DNA of 64,000 bases from Fibrobacterota bacterium (GTDB lineage: Bacteria > Fibrobacterota > Chitinivibrionia > Chitinivibrionales > Chitinivibrionaceae), in assembly GCA_051745065.1 (NCBI GenBank), contig JBNJDQ010000001.1, forward strand, positions 4,816 through 68,815, in the 5' to 3' direction. The position numbers and the translations under genes are program-made. This document shows, piece after piece, positions 28,079 through 37,281 of this stretch. The notes below the pieces were generated by a model. The model saw only the letters and a list, made by a program, of their open reading frames with translations. It was not told the DNA's origin and searched no databases. Position 1 is the stretch's first letter, and each line of letters opens with the position of its first letter.

Positions 28079-29110
28079 TTATTTGTCACGATTCCTTGCT
28101 GCAAGCTGACCACATGCGCCTTCGATATCCTCACCGCCGCTGATACGGATTGTTGCTGTAAGACCATGTTTTTCAAGATAAAACCTGAATGACTGAATAC
28201 GTTCGTGGGGAGGGCTTGCAAGAGATGAATCACTGCAGCTGTTTAAGGGAATGAGATTCACTTTGAAAGGACCGCCCTGTAAAAGTGAAACAACCTCTGA
28301 TGCATTTTGCATCGAATCAGTCTTTCCATGAATAAGAACATACTCAAATGTTACGGAACGCCCGCGAAAACGGGCATATTTCCGGGCAGCGGCAACAAGA
28401 TCTTCAAGGGGATACTGCTGGTTGATGGGCATCAGGGCGGAACGCTCCCGATCATTGGAAGCATTCAGGGATATGGCCAGTTCAACATCAATCTTCTCCT
28501 GGATAAGACGGGTGATACCCGGTACATAGCCCGCCGTAGACACAGTGATTCTGCGCCGCCCTATGGCAAATGCAGAGTCCTGGCTGAAGCCCCTGAGAGC
28601 CTGGCGAAATGCATCGAAATTGAGAAGGGCCTCCCCCATACCCATAAACACGATATTGGTAATGCGTTGTTCGGGTATATCTGCCTGAACAGCAGCGGCC
28701 TGCGCGAGAATCTCACCGGCACTCAGATTACGGACAAATCCCATACGTCCGGTTTCGCAGAAAACACACCCCAAAGAGCAGCCGATCTGTGAAGACACAC
28801 ACAGAGTGTTTCGTGCCTGCTTTCTCAGAAGAACCGCCTCATACAAATGGCCTTCATCGCTTTTAAAAAGATACTTCCGCGTTCTGTCTTGAGGCGACTC
28901 CCGGCGTGAAACGACCTGCGCCGGAAAAAAAGCAATCCGCTCAGCCAGTGCGTATCGCAGAGCACGGGGAATATTGCGCATTTCTTCGAAAGAGGAAACA
29001 CGTTTTTTATAGGCCCATTCCAGAATCTGTGTACTGCGGAATTTTTTTTCTCCCATGCTGGCAATCAGGTCTTTCAGCTCGGATGGGGTGAAGTCAAAAA
29101 ATGATTTCAT
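28079..29110 (-). CDS. rlmN: RlmN-family radical SAM RNA methyltransferase
   Basis: LCVSSQIGCSLGCVFC, FMGMGEAL, TFEYVL and GACGQL; both catalytic cysteines present. Confidence 0.85.
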   Translation of the reverse strand: MKSFFDFTPSELKDLIASMGEKKFRSTQILEWAYKKRVSSFEEMRNIPRALRYALAERIAFFPAQVVSRRESPQDRTRKYLFKSDEGHLYEAVLLRKQARNTLCVSSQIGCSLGCVFCETGRMGFVRNLSAGEILAQAAAVQADIPEQRITNIVFMGMGEALLNFDAFRQALRGFSQDSAFAIGRRRITVSTAGYVPGITRLIQEKIDVELAISLNASNDRERSALMPINQQYPLEDLVAAARKYARFRGRSVTFEYVLIHGKTDSMQNASEVVSLLQGGPFKVNLIPLNSCSDSSLASPPHERIQSFRFYLEKHGLTATIRISGGEDIEGACGQLAARNRDK

Positions 29111-29126
29111 ACTCTTTCCCGTACGT

Positions 29127-29154
29127 AAAAAAGGCCTCTCCGAAGAGAGGCCTT
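29127..29154 (-). terminator. Intrinsic terminator of the tpiA-secG-tRNA unit
   Basis: AAGGCCTCTC-CGAA-GAGAGGCCTT stem with a T run on the minus strand. Confidence 0.85.
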
Positions 29155-29157
29155 GTA

Positions 29158-29245
29158 TGGTGCGGCCGGCCGGAGTTGAACCGGCACAGAGTTAACCTCC
29201 ACAAGATCCTTAATCTTGCGCGTCTACCAATTCCGCCACGGCCGC
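29158..29245 (-). tRNA. tRNA-Leu, anticodon AAG (class II, encoded CCA)
   Basis: Acceptor stem GCGGCCG/CGGCCGC-A-CCA; D-arm TGGCGGAATTGGTAGACGC; anticodon stem CAAGA/TCTTG with loop TT-AAG-GA (anticodon at 29211-29209); long variable arm; T-arm GCCGG-TTCAACT-CCGGC. Confidence 0.93.
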
Positions 29246-29254
29246 AATAGTATT

Positions 29255-29707
29255 TTATTCAGCATTATCACCGGAACCGGGAAGATCTTTCACTTCCGGA
29301 ACAACAGGCTCAGAGGGATCCTCTGACTGATTGTCCGCATCATCAGTTTCTTCGGCGGCACCTTCAAGATCTTCCGGAGTGACAGTTCCCATGGAAGAAC
29401 CGGACTGTTCCGGAGCATTTTGCTCAGAAGAAGATTCGATTTCAGTATCGAGTATCCCCTTTGAAGTGCTGCTGCTTGAAGACATTACAAAGAGCGTCAA
29501 AGCGAGCATAAAATATATTATGGCAAGAAAAGTAGTGCCTTTTGTTAAAATATTTTCTGTATTTTGTGCTCCAATGGCTGAATTTGCACCACTCAGACCA
29601 CCGCCCACGGCTCCGGAAATACCACCCCCGGTATCCGACTGAACCAACACAAAAAGGCCCAGAAGCAAACATACAATTACAAAAACCACTATTAAAAAAC
29701 CAAACAT
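29255..29707 (-). CDS. secG: Preprotein translocase subunit SecG (with acidic tail)
   Basis: Two TM helices, LVQSDTGGGISGAVGGG and ENILTKGT; classic tpiA-secG-tRNA-Leu order. Confidence 0.9.
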   Translation of the reverse strand: MFGFLIVVFVIVCLLLGLFVLVQSDTGGGISGAVGGGLSGANSAIGAQNTENILTKGTTFLAIIYFMLALTLFVMSSSSSTSKGILDTEIESSSEQNAPEQSGSSMGTVTPEDLEGAAEETDDADNQSEDPSEPVVPEVKDLPGSGDNAE

Positions 29708-29724
29708 ATTCTTAACTCTCTTCC

Positions 29725-30480
29725 TTATCGGGGAGAAACAACACCCTTAAAAAGATCTGCCTTAAGGGACGCACCACCAATGAGACCACCGTCAATATCA
29801 TTCTGCGCAAGAAGCTCTTTCGCATTGGCAGGTTTCATACTGCCGCCGTACTGAAGCCGCACCTTTTCAGCGGTATCTGCGTCGTACATTTCTGCAACAA
29901 GGCTGCGGATTTTTCCGTGAACCTCCTGTGCCATTTCAGGGGTAGCCGTTTTACCGGTACCAATTGCCCACACAGGCTCATAGGCGATGGTCGTATTTTG
30001 GAGATCCGCTGCACTGACACCATCAAGGGCGCCGTTTATCTGGGATTCAACAACAGTGTCCGTAACATTGGACTCGCGCTGCTCAAGGGTTTCACCTACA
30101 CAGAGAATGGGCTTAAGGCCATTGGCCAGAACTGCCTTCATCTTCCTGTTTACTGTTTCATCGGTCTCATGGAAATATGTACGCTGCTCGGAATGTCCAA
30201 GAATAACGTATTCCACACCGGCACTCTGCAGCATTGCACAGGAAACCTTCCCGGTAAACGCACCGGATTCCTCCCAGTGAACATCCTGAGCACCGAGTTT
30301 AATCGGCGTACCATCGAGAACACGGGCAACTTCGGTCAGGGATGTATAGGGCACACAAATTGCCACATCAACACCGGTTACACCGTCAAGCTCTTTTACG
30401 ACGTCCGACGCAAGCTCCACGGATTCCGAAACGGTTTTATTCATTTTCCAGTTACCGGCAATAAAGGGTTTTCTCGACAT
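29725..30480 (-). CDS. tpiA: Triosephosphate isomerase
   Basis: IAGNWKMNK, ILGHSEQR, AYEPVWAIGTG, YGGSMKP and LIGGASL motifs. Confidence 0.97.
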   Translation of the reverse strand: MSRKPFIAGNWKMNKTVSESVELASDVVKELDGVTGVDVAICVPYTSLTEVARVLDGTPIKLGAQDVHWEESGAFTGKVSCAMLQSAGVEYVILGHSEQRTYFHETDETVNRKMKAVLANGLKPILCVGETLEQRESNVTDTVVESQINGALDGVSAADLQNTTIAYEPVWAIGTGKTATPEMAQEVHGKIRSLVAEMYDADTAEKVRLQYGGSMKPANAKELLAQNDIDGGLIGGASLKADLFKGVVSPR

Positions 30481-30540
30481 TGTAATTCGCCTTTCATTTC
30501 AAAAGTAACGGCACAAAAATAGATATAATTAATACAAAAG

Positions 30541-31788
30541 TCAACTCTTTTTTTCCGGCCCGTCTCCTTTTACAACCAGGAGAAAAAAGACACCGAGAAC
30601 GAGAGTGGCCCATGTCCCCCATTCAAGCAGAGTCTGTGCGCCGCGCAGTTCAATAATCCGCCCGCTTGCCCATCCGGCAAATGAACCGGCAATAACAGAA
30701 CGTACAACCGTAGTTACCCCCATGTACGTGGCGCGCATTTTCGGGTTGGCACTGCGGTCAACAAAGTCAATCAGCGCGAGGAAATACATGCCGAAAGCCG
30801 GACCGTGAATCAGTACCGCCGCAAATTTCATCCAGAACGGTGTCTCAGCCGTAAAAAGAGAGAAAAGAAAGAGCTTCACTGCAGTCAGAGCAAGGCCGAT
30901 CACCATAAGCCAGCGATTTCCGAAAAAGGCAATCAGTTTTTTGGAGAAATGCATCACCGGAAACTCAAGTGTTGTCCAGAATCCAAACATCAGTCCCAGT
31001 TCGAGGGGGGATGCGGTAACATCGTCCAGATAAAACCCAACATACTGCATACCGATGCCATTATTGATGGCACCGGCACCGAAAACAAAAATCAGAAACA
31101 GGAAAAAACGCCGGTCATGAAAGAGCTTTTCCCAGGGGATTTTAATCGCCCTGGGCTTCGCTTCGCTTTGAGAGAATAGTGAAAGTATTGAAAAGAGCAG
31201 AAGCGAAACCGCCCCCACGTAAAATATATAGGAATACCTCACCCCTCCGTCCGGATTGGGAGCAAATGTCAGCAGGGCCCCCACAAAAACGGTAATAATT
31301 GCCCAGCCGAAAGTCCCCCATATCCGGTACTGGCCGAAGAGTGTCCGATCCCGGTTGCGATTCAGAAATCCGAGGGTTTCAGAATCGAGAAGTGTGTTAA
31401 CCGGTTTTGAGAAAAAGTTATGCACAAGAAAAAACAATGCAGCGTAAAAGAAACGCACATCCACATTTTTCTCCATAAAGAACGGTTCTCCCGTAACGCC
31501 GACCATAACAGCCGGTATGACAGCACATATACTGAGAACCGTAACAATCCGCCGGCCGAGACGGAAGGAATCGGAGATGACCCCCGTGACAATATTTGCA
31601 AAAAACACCACCAGCGGTACCGCAGCCATAATAAACTGAATTTTTCCCATCTGCGGTTCACCATTCGTATCCACAAGCACTTTCTTAAAAAACACCGATG
31701 CAAAGGGCCCCACGGCTCCCATGGCAAAGAAAAGCACAAGATACATCTGCTTGAGAATCCGCGATTCCCGCTGAACTGCTTTATCCAT
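30541..31788 (-). CDS. MFS transporter (nucleoside/oligosaccharide:H+ symporter-like)
   Basis: About 12 hydrophobic helices; FGQYRIWGTFGW motif. Start at 31788 overlaps the upstream stop. Confidence 0.8.
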   Translation of the reverse strand: MDKAVQRESRILKQMYLVLFFAMGAVGPFASVFFKKVLVDTNGEPQMGKIQFIMAAVPLVVFFANIVTGVISDSFRLGRRIVTVLSICAVIPAVMVGVTGEPFFMEKNVDVRFFYAALFFLVHNFFSKPVNTLLDSETLGFLNRNRDRTLFGQYRIWGTFGWAIITVFVGALLTFAPNPDGGVRYSYIFYVGAVSLLLFSILSLFSQSEAKPRAIKIPWEKLFHDRRFFLFLIFVFGAGAINNGIGMQYVGFYLDDVTASPLELGLMFGFWTTLEFPVMHFSKKLIAFFGNRWLMVIGLALTAVKLFLFSLFTAETPFWMKFAAVLIHGPAFGMYFLALIDFVDRSANPKMRATYMGVTTVVRSVIAGSFAGWASGRIIELRGAQTLLEWGTWATLVLGVFFLLVVKGDGPEKKS

Positions 31789-32818
31789 TCTGTATTCCAT
31801 CCTTTGTTGCAAGTTGGCCGCAGGCCGCTCTCAGTTTATCCCCCCGGGATTCCCGGACAAACGCCCTCAGTCCCAGCTCTTCGAGCATGCGACGGAAGGC
31901 ATACATGCTTTCCCGGCCCACAGAACGAAATGTTCCTTCTCTGCCATTATAGCTGAGGATATTTACCCTGCAGGGAATCCCTGCCAGATACTGAGCCAAA
32001 GCGCCGGCATCACCAGCACTGTCATTGATCCCTTTGAAGAGCGTATATTCGATCAAAAAGAGCTCACGTTTTTTTAAAGGGGCATTCTGCATAAAGGAGC
32101 GGAGATCCTTTAGAGAATTGGTTCCGGTGATGGGCATAATACGACGGCGTACACCGGGGTCAACACTGTGCAGGGACAGGGCAATGCGGAGGTTGCAGAA
32201 GCCTTCATTCATGAGACGCCGCAGATTGTCAATGCGCCCTGCCGTGGAGACAGTAACCGATGAAGGCTGAATATCAAAGCCCTGTTGCTGCTGAAGTACC
32301 CGCAGGGACTGCACCAGCACATCGTAATTATCAAGGGGCTCGCCCATGCCCATAAACACAACACTGTCTACGTTTGAGGCAAGTATAAAACGGGCGGCAT
32401 ACACCTGCCACAGCACCTCGGACACGGAAAGATTGCGAACAAACCCCATGTCACCGGTGGCACAAAAGGCACATGCCCGCGCGCAGCCGACCTGTGTTGA
32501 AATACAGAGGGATTTACGCCGTCCGTAATCAATAAGGACGCTCTCAACAGAAGCCCCATCAGCCAGGCGGGAAGTAAATTTTTGTACTGAATCCCCCTGC
32601 TGACATGACTCCACAGAGATTTCAGGAAGAATGCACTCATCACGAAACCCTCTGAGGAGATGGCCGTTTTCCGTAAAGGCACGGGTCCACTCAATATCAG
32701 ATAAATTATTCTGAAAAAAAGACCGGTACCATGCGTCACTGTACCATGGCCCTTTATTGATTCGCTCTTTCACAGCCACGCGGAAGTCCTCCAGAGTGCA
32801 TGAAAGGATATCAATCAT
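31781..32818 (-). CDS. Second RlmN-family radical SAM methyltransferase
   Basis: LCISTQVGCARACAFC, FMGMGEPLDN, LSLHS, IEYTL and AACGQL motifs. Confidence 0.85.
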   Translation of the reverse strand: MIDILSCTLEDFRVAVKERINKGPWYSDAWYRSFFQNNLSDIEWTRAFTENGHLLRGFRDECILPEISVESCQQGDSVQKFTSRLADGASVESVLIDYGRRKSLCISTQVGCARACAFCATGDMGFVRNLSVSEVLWQVYAARFILASNVDSVVFMGMGEPLDNYDVLVQSLRVLQQQQGFDIQPSSVTVSTAGRIDNLRRLMNEGFCNLRIALSLHSVDPGVRRRIMPITGTNSLKDLRSFMQNAPLKKRELFLIEYTLFKGINDSAGDAGALAQYLAGIPCRVNILSYNGREGTFRSVGRESMYAFRRMLEELGLRAFVRESRGDKLRAACGQLATKDGIQNG

Positions 32819-32834
32819 GCTGCATGCCCCCAAC

Positions 32835-32856
32835 AAAAAAGCGGCCCGCAAGCCGC
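32835..32856 (-). terminator. Terminator-like hairpin after nagB
   Basis: Minus strand GCGGCT-TGCG-GGCCGC-TTTTTT. Confidence 0.65.
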
Positions 32857-32865
32857 CCTGAAACA

Positions 32866-33651
32866 TTATCGAAAATCTTCCCACTCCGGCTCGTTATTAA
32901 AAATCCAGTCATAGTAATCACGCATTCGCAGATACTTCGCGGCAGCCTCGTCAACAACAATGGTGCAGCGTTTATGCAGCTGCAATGCCGACGCAGTCAC
33001 TATGGAAGTCAGGGGTCCTTCAACGGCCTTTGCTATGATCTCAGCCTTGCTTTCCCCCGTTGCAAGAAGTACCGCCCGCTTACTTTTCAGGATAGTATCA
33101 ACCCCCATGGTAATAGCACGGCGGGGCATCATCTCCGGCTTGGGAAAAAGGGGACTGTTCTGAGCGATTGTTTCCGGATTCAATGCCTTCACACGTGTCA
33201 GGGAACGAAGGGCGGAAAGGGGCTCGTTAAAACCGATATGTCCGGAACTGCCGATCCCCAGAAGTTGAAAATCAATACCTCCGGCACCGCGGATTGCCGC
33301 CTCATACATGCGGCACTCTTCTTCCAGATTTTCCGCCATACCGTTGGGTATATGAGTTTTTGACTTGTCAATATTGACACGATCAAAAAGATGGTGATTC
33401 ATATAAGAACGATATGAATTGGTATCACTGGGTTCAATTCCGACATATTCATCAAGGTTAAAGGAGCTTACAAGGGAAAAATCAATCTCGCCGCTTTCAT
33501 ACTTATGAACGAGATTGTCATACACGGCCTCCATGGTCCGACCTGTTGCAAGGCCCAGCACACTGGTCGGATCCTCACTGATCTGCTTAACAACAAGGCG
33601 GGCAACCAGTTCGGTTGCCGCGTCCTTGTCTTTTCGTATAATGACTTCCAT
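32866..33651 (-). CDS. nagB: Glucosamine-6-phosphate deaminase
   Basis: LGLATGRT, FNLDEYVG, LGIGSSGHIGFNEP, AITMGV and SALQLH motifs. Confidence 0.95.
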   Translation of the reverse strand: MEVIIRKDKDAATELVARLVVKQISEDPTSVLGLATGRTMEAVYDNLVHKYESGEIDFSLVSSFNLDEYVGIEPSDTNSYRSYMNHHLFDRVNIDKSKTHIPNGMAENLEEECRMYEAAIRGAGGIDFQLLGIGSSGHIGFNEPLSALRSLTRVKALNPETIAQNSPLFPKPEMMPRRAITMGVDTILKSKRAVLLATGESKAEIIAKAVEGPLTSIVTASALQLHKRCTIVVDEAAAKYLRMRDYYDWIFNNEPEWEDFR

Positions 33652-33662
33652 GAGCGTCTGAC

Positions 33663-34748
33663 CTACAGACCAAACTGCTCTTTGGTTTCGTCATGGTCGA
33701 AAGAGGGCATTACCTTTTCTGTCTTCAGCTTTGCCTTAAACTCTTCGACTTCGTTCCGTCCGCCTTCAAGGGGCAGGGCAACCTGACCACCGTCAAGAGC
33801 AGAACGGTACATTGCCTGCCAAATGGAGAAGTTCTCCCAGGCATTTTCGAAATTACAGGGATGATCCTTTGTACCGTTGAGATCATCAGCAATATCCTGA
33901 ATATAGCCGGGCATATCCTTATGATAGTCCATGGCACCTTCACCTTCAATAACACCTTCCGGAGTTACCGCTTTATACCCGCCGTTGGTATACACCTCGG
34001 CATAGCCTTTGGTACCTTTTACACCGATTCTGTTCTTACCGAACCACTTGGCAACATGCTTCACATCGGGCTGACCGGCACCGACTTCATAGACACCGTG
34101 AACGCCGTTTTCGTAATTGACGATACCTGCAAGGTAGTCAGGCGAGAGATGGCGATCCGGAGATTCAAGTTTCTTTTTACCGGAGGCATTCCCGATTGCC
34201 CAGGCACCCTTGGGGTTTCCGGCAAACCAGCGGGAGTAATGCACCATGTGCGTAAACATGTGCGCAGGCCACCCCATGGCATTGGCGTAGATGTCCGTCA
34301 CTTCACCGATCTTACCGGCATCAACAATATCCTTCACGGCCTGGTAATGTGAGCCGTAACGATGCTGATAAGAAAGAACAGCCTTCAGGCCGCTTTTCTC
34401 GACAATTTCCTTCACTTCAAACCCTTCTTCAGTTGTCAGGGAAACAGGTTTTTCAAAGGCAACCATCTTTGCACCACAGTCTGCAGCAAGCTGAATAAAC
34501 ATCTTACGGATATTGGGCAGGGTCATAAAAGCAAGAACATCAGGTTTCGCTTCCATGGCCACAGCCTTCGCATCAGTACCTTTCACAACAGAATCACCGA
34601 GATTCTGTTCTTCGGCAACCTTATTCATCTGCTCTTCGTTAATATCACAAATTGCGGTAACTTCAAAGTCGGGGTGAGCATTAAAATGCTGAACATGGTG
34701 TCCGCCGCGTTTACCGAGACCGATTACCATAACACTGTATTTCGCCAT
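33663..34748 (-). CDS. Gfo/Idh/MocA-family NAD(P)-dependent oxidoreductase
   Basis: VIGLGKRG Rossmann motif, FEKPVS and YQHRY; start moved to ATG 34748. Confidence 0.85.
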   Translation of the reverse strand: MAKYSVMVIGLGKRGGHHVQHFNAHPDFEVTAICDINEEQMNKVAEEQNLGDSVVKGTDAKAVAMEAKPDVLAFMTLPNIRKMFIQLAADCGAKMVAFEKPVSLTTEEGFEVKEIVEKSGLKAVLSYQHRYGSHYQAVKDIVDAGKIGEVTDIYANAMGWPAHMFTHMVHYSRWFAGNPKGAWAIGNASGKKKLESPDRHLSPDYLAGIVNYENGVHGVYEVGAGQPDVKHVAKWFGKNRIGVKGTKGYAEVYTNGGYKAVTPEGVIEGEGAMDYHKDMPGYIQDIADDLNGTKDHPCNFENAWENFSIWQAMYRSALDGGQVALPLEGGRNEVEEFKAKLKTEKVMPSFDHDETKEQFGL

Positions 34749-34785
34749 TTTTTCCTCTTTCTTTATTTTTGGGTTTTCGGGGAAC

Positions 34786-34821
34786 AAAAAAGGCACCCTC
34801 CCTGTAAGAGGGGAAGATGCC
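34786..34821 (-). terminator. Terminator-like hairpin between aminotransferase and oxidoreductase
   Basis: Minus strand GGCATCTTCCC...GGGAGGGTGCC-TTTTTT (with G-U pairs). Confidence 0.55.
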
Positions 34822-34847
34822 ATAGTATATCACTTTTACAGTGAGTA

Positions 34848-35984
34848 TTAACGCTGTGCAGCGTATTTCTTAACAACGTCGATTGTAGTCTGAACTTCTT
34901 CATCAGTAAGCTCAGGTACAAGGGGAAGAGTAATGCAGGAGTCTGCATTGGCTTCCGCATTGGGAAGGGGACCATCAACACGTGCATCCTTACCCCAGGG
35001 GAATCCATCCTGACGGTGGATTGCAATAGAGTAGTGAGTCTTGGCTTCAACACCGTTTTCGTGAAGGAAGTTAAGGAACGTATCACGCTCGGAGGGATCA
35101 AGAGTCTCAACTACGTAGCAATGGAACACATGACGGTATCCGGCAGGTACGTAGGGAAGACGAAGCCATCCCTTGGCAGCATCAGCAAGCTCGCTGTTGT
35201 ACTTATTACCGATTTCGATACGCTTATCAGTGAACTCACCGATTTTCTTAAGTTTAACAGAAAGGATAGCCGCGTGAATATCATCCAGACGGCTGTTGAA
35301 ACCGTATGAGTGAACATTACGGGCACCGGAACCGTGGTTACGAAGCTTACGTACACGGTCATTGATGAACTTGTGATCAGTAAAGATCGCACCGGCATCA
35401 CCATATGTACCAAGGTTTTTCTGAGTGATAAAGGACGTACAAACAGCGTCAGAAAGCTCACCCTGCTTAAACGTATCACCGTGACCGTCGATTGCCTGAG
35501 CGTTATCTTCGATTACGTAAAGACCGTACTCATCAGCGATTTCGCGGATAGCCTTCATATCTACAGTCAGGCCATAGAGATGAACAGGAACAATCGCACG
35601 GGTCTTATGAGTAATTGCCTTTTTAACTGCTTTGGGATCGATATTACGTGTTTCGGGATCACAGTCAACGAGAACTGCAGTTGCACCGGCAATCCACATA
35701 GCTTCGGCAGTTGCGAAGAAGGTGTTGGCGTTTGTGATCATTTCGTCACCTTTACCAAGACCAAGAGCCATGAAAGTCAGCCAGAGAGCATCAGTACCGT
35801 TACCAACACCGATGGCATATTCAGTACCCATGTACTCTTTCAGCTCTTCTTCGAACTTTGCAAGAGCAGGCCCCTGAACATACTTACCGCTCTGGAATAC
35901 TTCTTCCATAGCAGCTGTCAGTTCGGGTTTCAGGTTTTCATACTGACGCTGGTGCGTATAAAATGGAACTTTCCAATCAGCCAT
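34848..35984 (-). CDS. DegT/DnrJ/EryC1/StrS-family PLP sugar aminotransferase
   Basis: VGNGTDAL, VPVHLYG, IEDNAQA, SFITQKNLGTYGDAG (PLP Lys), NSRLDDIHAA and ITLPL motifs. Confidence 0.9.
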   Translation of the reverse strand: MADWKVPFYTHQRQYENLKPELTAAMEEVFQSGKYVQGPALAKFEEELKEYMGTEYAIGVGNGTDALWLTFMALGLGKGDEMITNANTFFATAEAMWIAGATAVLVDCDPETRNIDPKAVKKAITHKTRAIVPVHLYGLTVDMKAIREIADEYGLYVIEDNAQAIDGHGDTFKQGELSDAVCTSFITQKNLGTYGDAGAIFTDHKFINDRVRKLRNHGSGARNVHSYGFNSRLDDIHAAILSVKLKKIGEFTDKRIEIGNKYNSELADAAKGWLRLPYVPAGYRHVFHCYVVETLDPSERDTFLNFLHENGVEAKTHYSIAIHRQDGFPWGKDARVDGPLPNAEANADSCITLPLVPELTDEEVQTTIDVVKKYAAQR

Positions 35985-36028
35985 TTTACTATTCCTCCGT
36001 AGTTAGGTATTAAAATTTTCTTTATTTA

Positions 36029-36056
36029 AATATAACATGGCACCCTGTGAGGTCAA
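36029..36056 (-). promoter_or_regulatory. Candidate sigma70 promoter for the aminotransferase
   Basis: TTGACC-16 nt-TATATT on the minus strand, followed by a GGAGG RBS. Confidence 0.45.
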
Positions 36057-36064
36057 GGGCTTTG

Positions 36065-37261
36065 TCATTTATTCTCGCCACCTGAACCTGTTTCAAGGAG
36101 CTCTTCAAACAGATCGACAGCCCGGTGAATATCTCTTTCTGACACTGTCAGGGGCGGCATAAAGCGCACCGTATTGTTCTTTGCCTTGGCCAGAAGCAGC
36201 CCTTCTTCACGGGCGGCAGCCATGAGCGGTGCGGGATCAAACTTCAGACGCACCCCGGCCAGCAGACCGATACCGTAATAGCCGGATACTTCATCGTGGC
36301 GTTCAACGCAGGAGCTCAAACGTTTCTTCAGCACCTCACCCTTGCGCCGGACATCACCGAGAAAGGCCGGATCCGTGACTGCATCGAGAATAACCTCCCC
36401 AGCCGCACAGGCGACAGGATTCCCGCCGAAGGTCGTTCCATGATCCCCCGGCGATACGGCCCGGGCGATATTTTCACGCACCAGAACAGCCCCGAGGGGC
36501 AGACCGCCGCCCAACGGTTTGGCGCTGGTCAGTATATCCGGCTCCACGCCGGCATGCTCATAGGCCCAGGTCTTCCCGCTGCGCCCGAGACCACACTGAA
36601 TTTCATCATAAATCAGGGAGGCGCCGTTTTCGTCACAGAAGCTTCGCAGAAACTGCAGAAACTCCGGACTGCAGCTTGTCAGACCGCCTTCACCCTGCAC
36701 CGGCTCCACAATAATTGCGGCAAAATCGGCTCCTTCCAGAACCTGCTTTGTCCCTTCAATATCGTTGAGCGGTGCATAGTGAAATCCTCCGGGAATGGGA
36801 TGAAAGCCGCGGTGAAACATCTTCTGCGCCGTTGCGGTCATGGCTCCGTAGGTTCTGCCGTGAAAACAATTGTAAAATGAGAGAACTGCCGTTTTGGACG
36901 AACTGTCCGCAACCGCCCGTTTGCGCGCAAACTTTATTGCCGCCTCGTTAGCCTCAGTTCCACTGTTGCAGAAAAAGACACGGTCGGCAAAACTCGCACC
37001 CACAAGCTTTTGCGCCAAAGCAATCTGCGGCCGTGTGGAAAAAAGATTTGAGCAGTGGATCAGCTCTGACGCCTGTTTCACCACGGCCTTCTCCAGGGCC
37101 GGATTTGCATACCCGAGAGCATTTACGGCAATTCCCGAGACAAAGTCGAGATACTGCCTGCCCCCGTCATCGTAGAGATACGATCCTTCACCGCGCACCA
37201 TGAGGGGCATTTCCGCACGCCCATAAGTATTTACAAAAAGTGAATCCTGAACATCGGCCAT
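36065..37261 (-). CDS. argD: Acetylornithine aminotransferase
   Basis: YLDFVSGIAVN, FCNSGTEANE, FHGRT, YDEIQCGLGR, SAKPLGGG and HGTTFGGNP motifs; downstream of argB. Confidence 0.9.
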   Translation of the reverse strand: MADVQDSLFVNTYGRAEMPLMVRGEGSYLYDDGGRQYLDFVSGIAVNALGYANPALEKAVVKQASELIHCSNLFSTRPQIALAQKLVGASFADRVFFCNSGTEANEAAIKFARKRAVADSSSKTAVLSFYNCFHGRTYGAMTATAQKMFHRGFHPIPGGFHYAPLNDIEGTKQVLEGADFAAIIVEPVQGEGGLTSCSPEFLQFLRSFCDENGASLIYDEIQCGLGRSGKTWAYEHAGVEPDILTSAKPLGGGLPLGAVLVRENIARAVSPGDHGTTFGGNPVACAAGEVILDAVTDPAFLGDVRRKGEVLKKRLSSCVERHDEVSGYYGIGLLAGVRLKFDPAPLMAAAREEGLLLAKAKNNTVRFMPPLTVSERDIHRAVDLFEELLETGSGGENK

Positions 37262-37281
37262 TGGTTCTCCTTGTTTTCCTG

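Noticed and set aside
29207-29213. Alternative reading of the tRNA anticodon as TAA
   Set aside because: This would destroy the CAAGA/TCTTG stem and the 7-nt loop; G37 fits the CUN family.
29255-29470. Long acidic low-complexity tail on SecG
   Set aside because: Such extensions are common in several phyla and are not distinctive.
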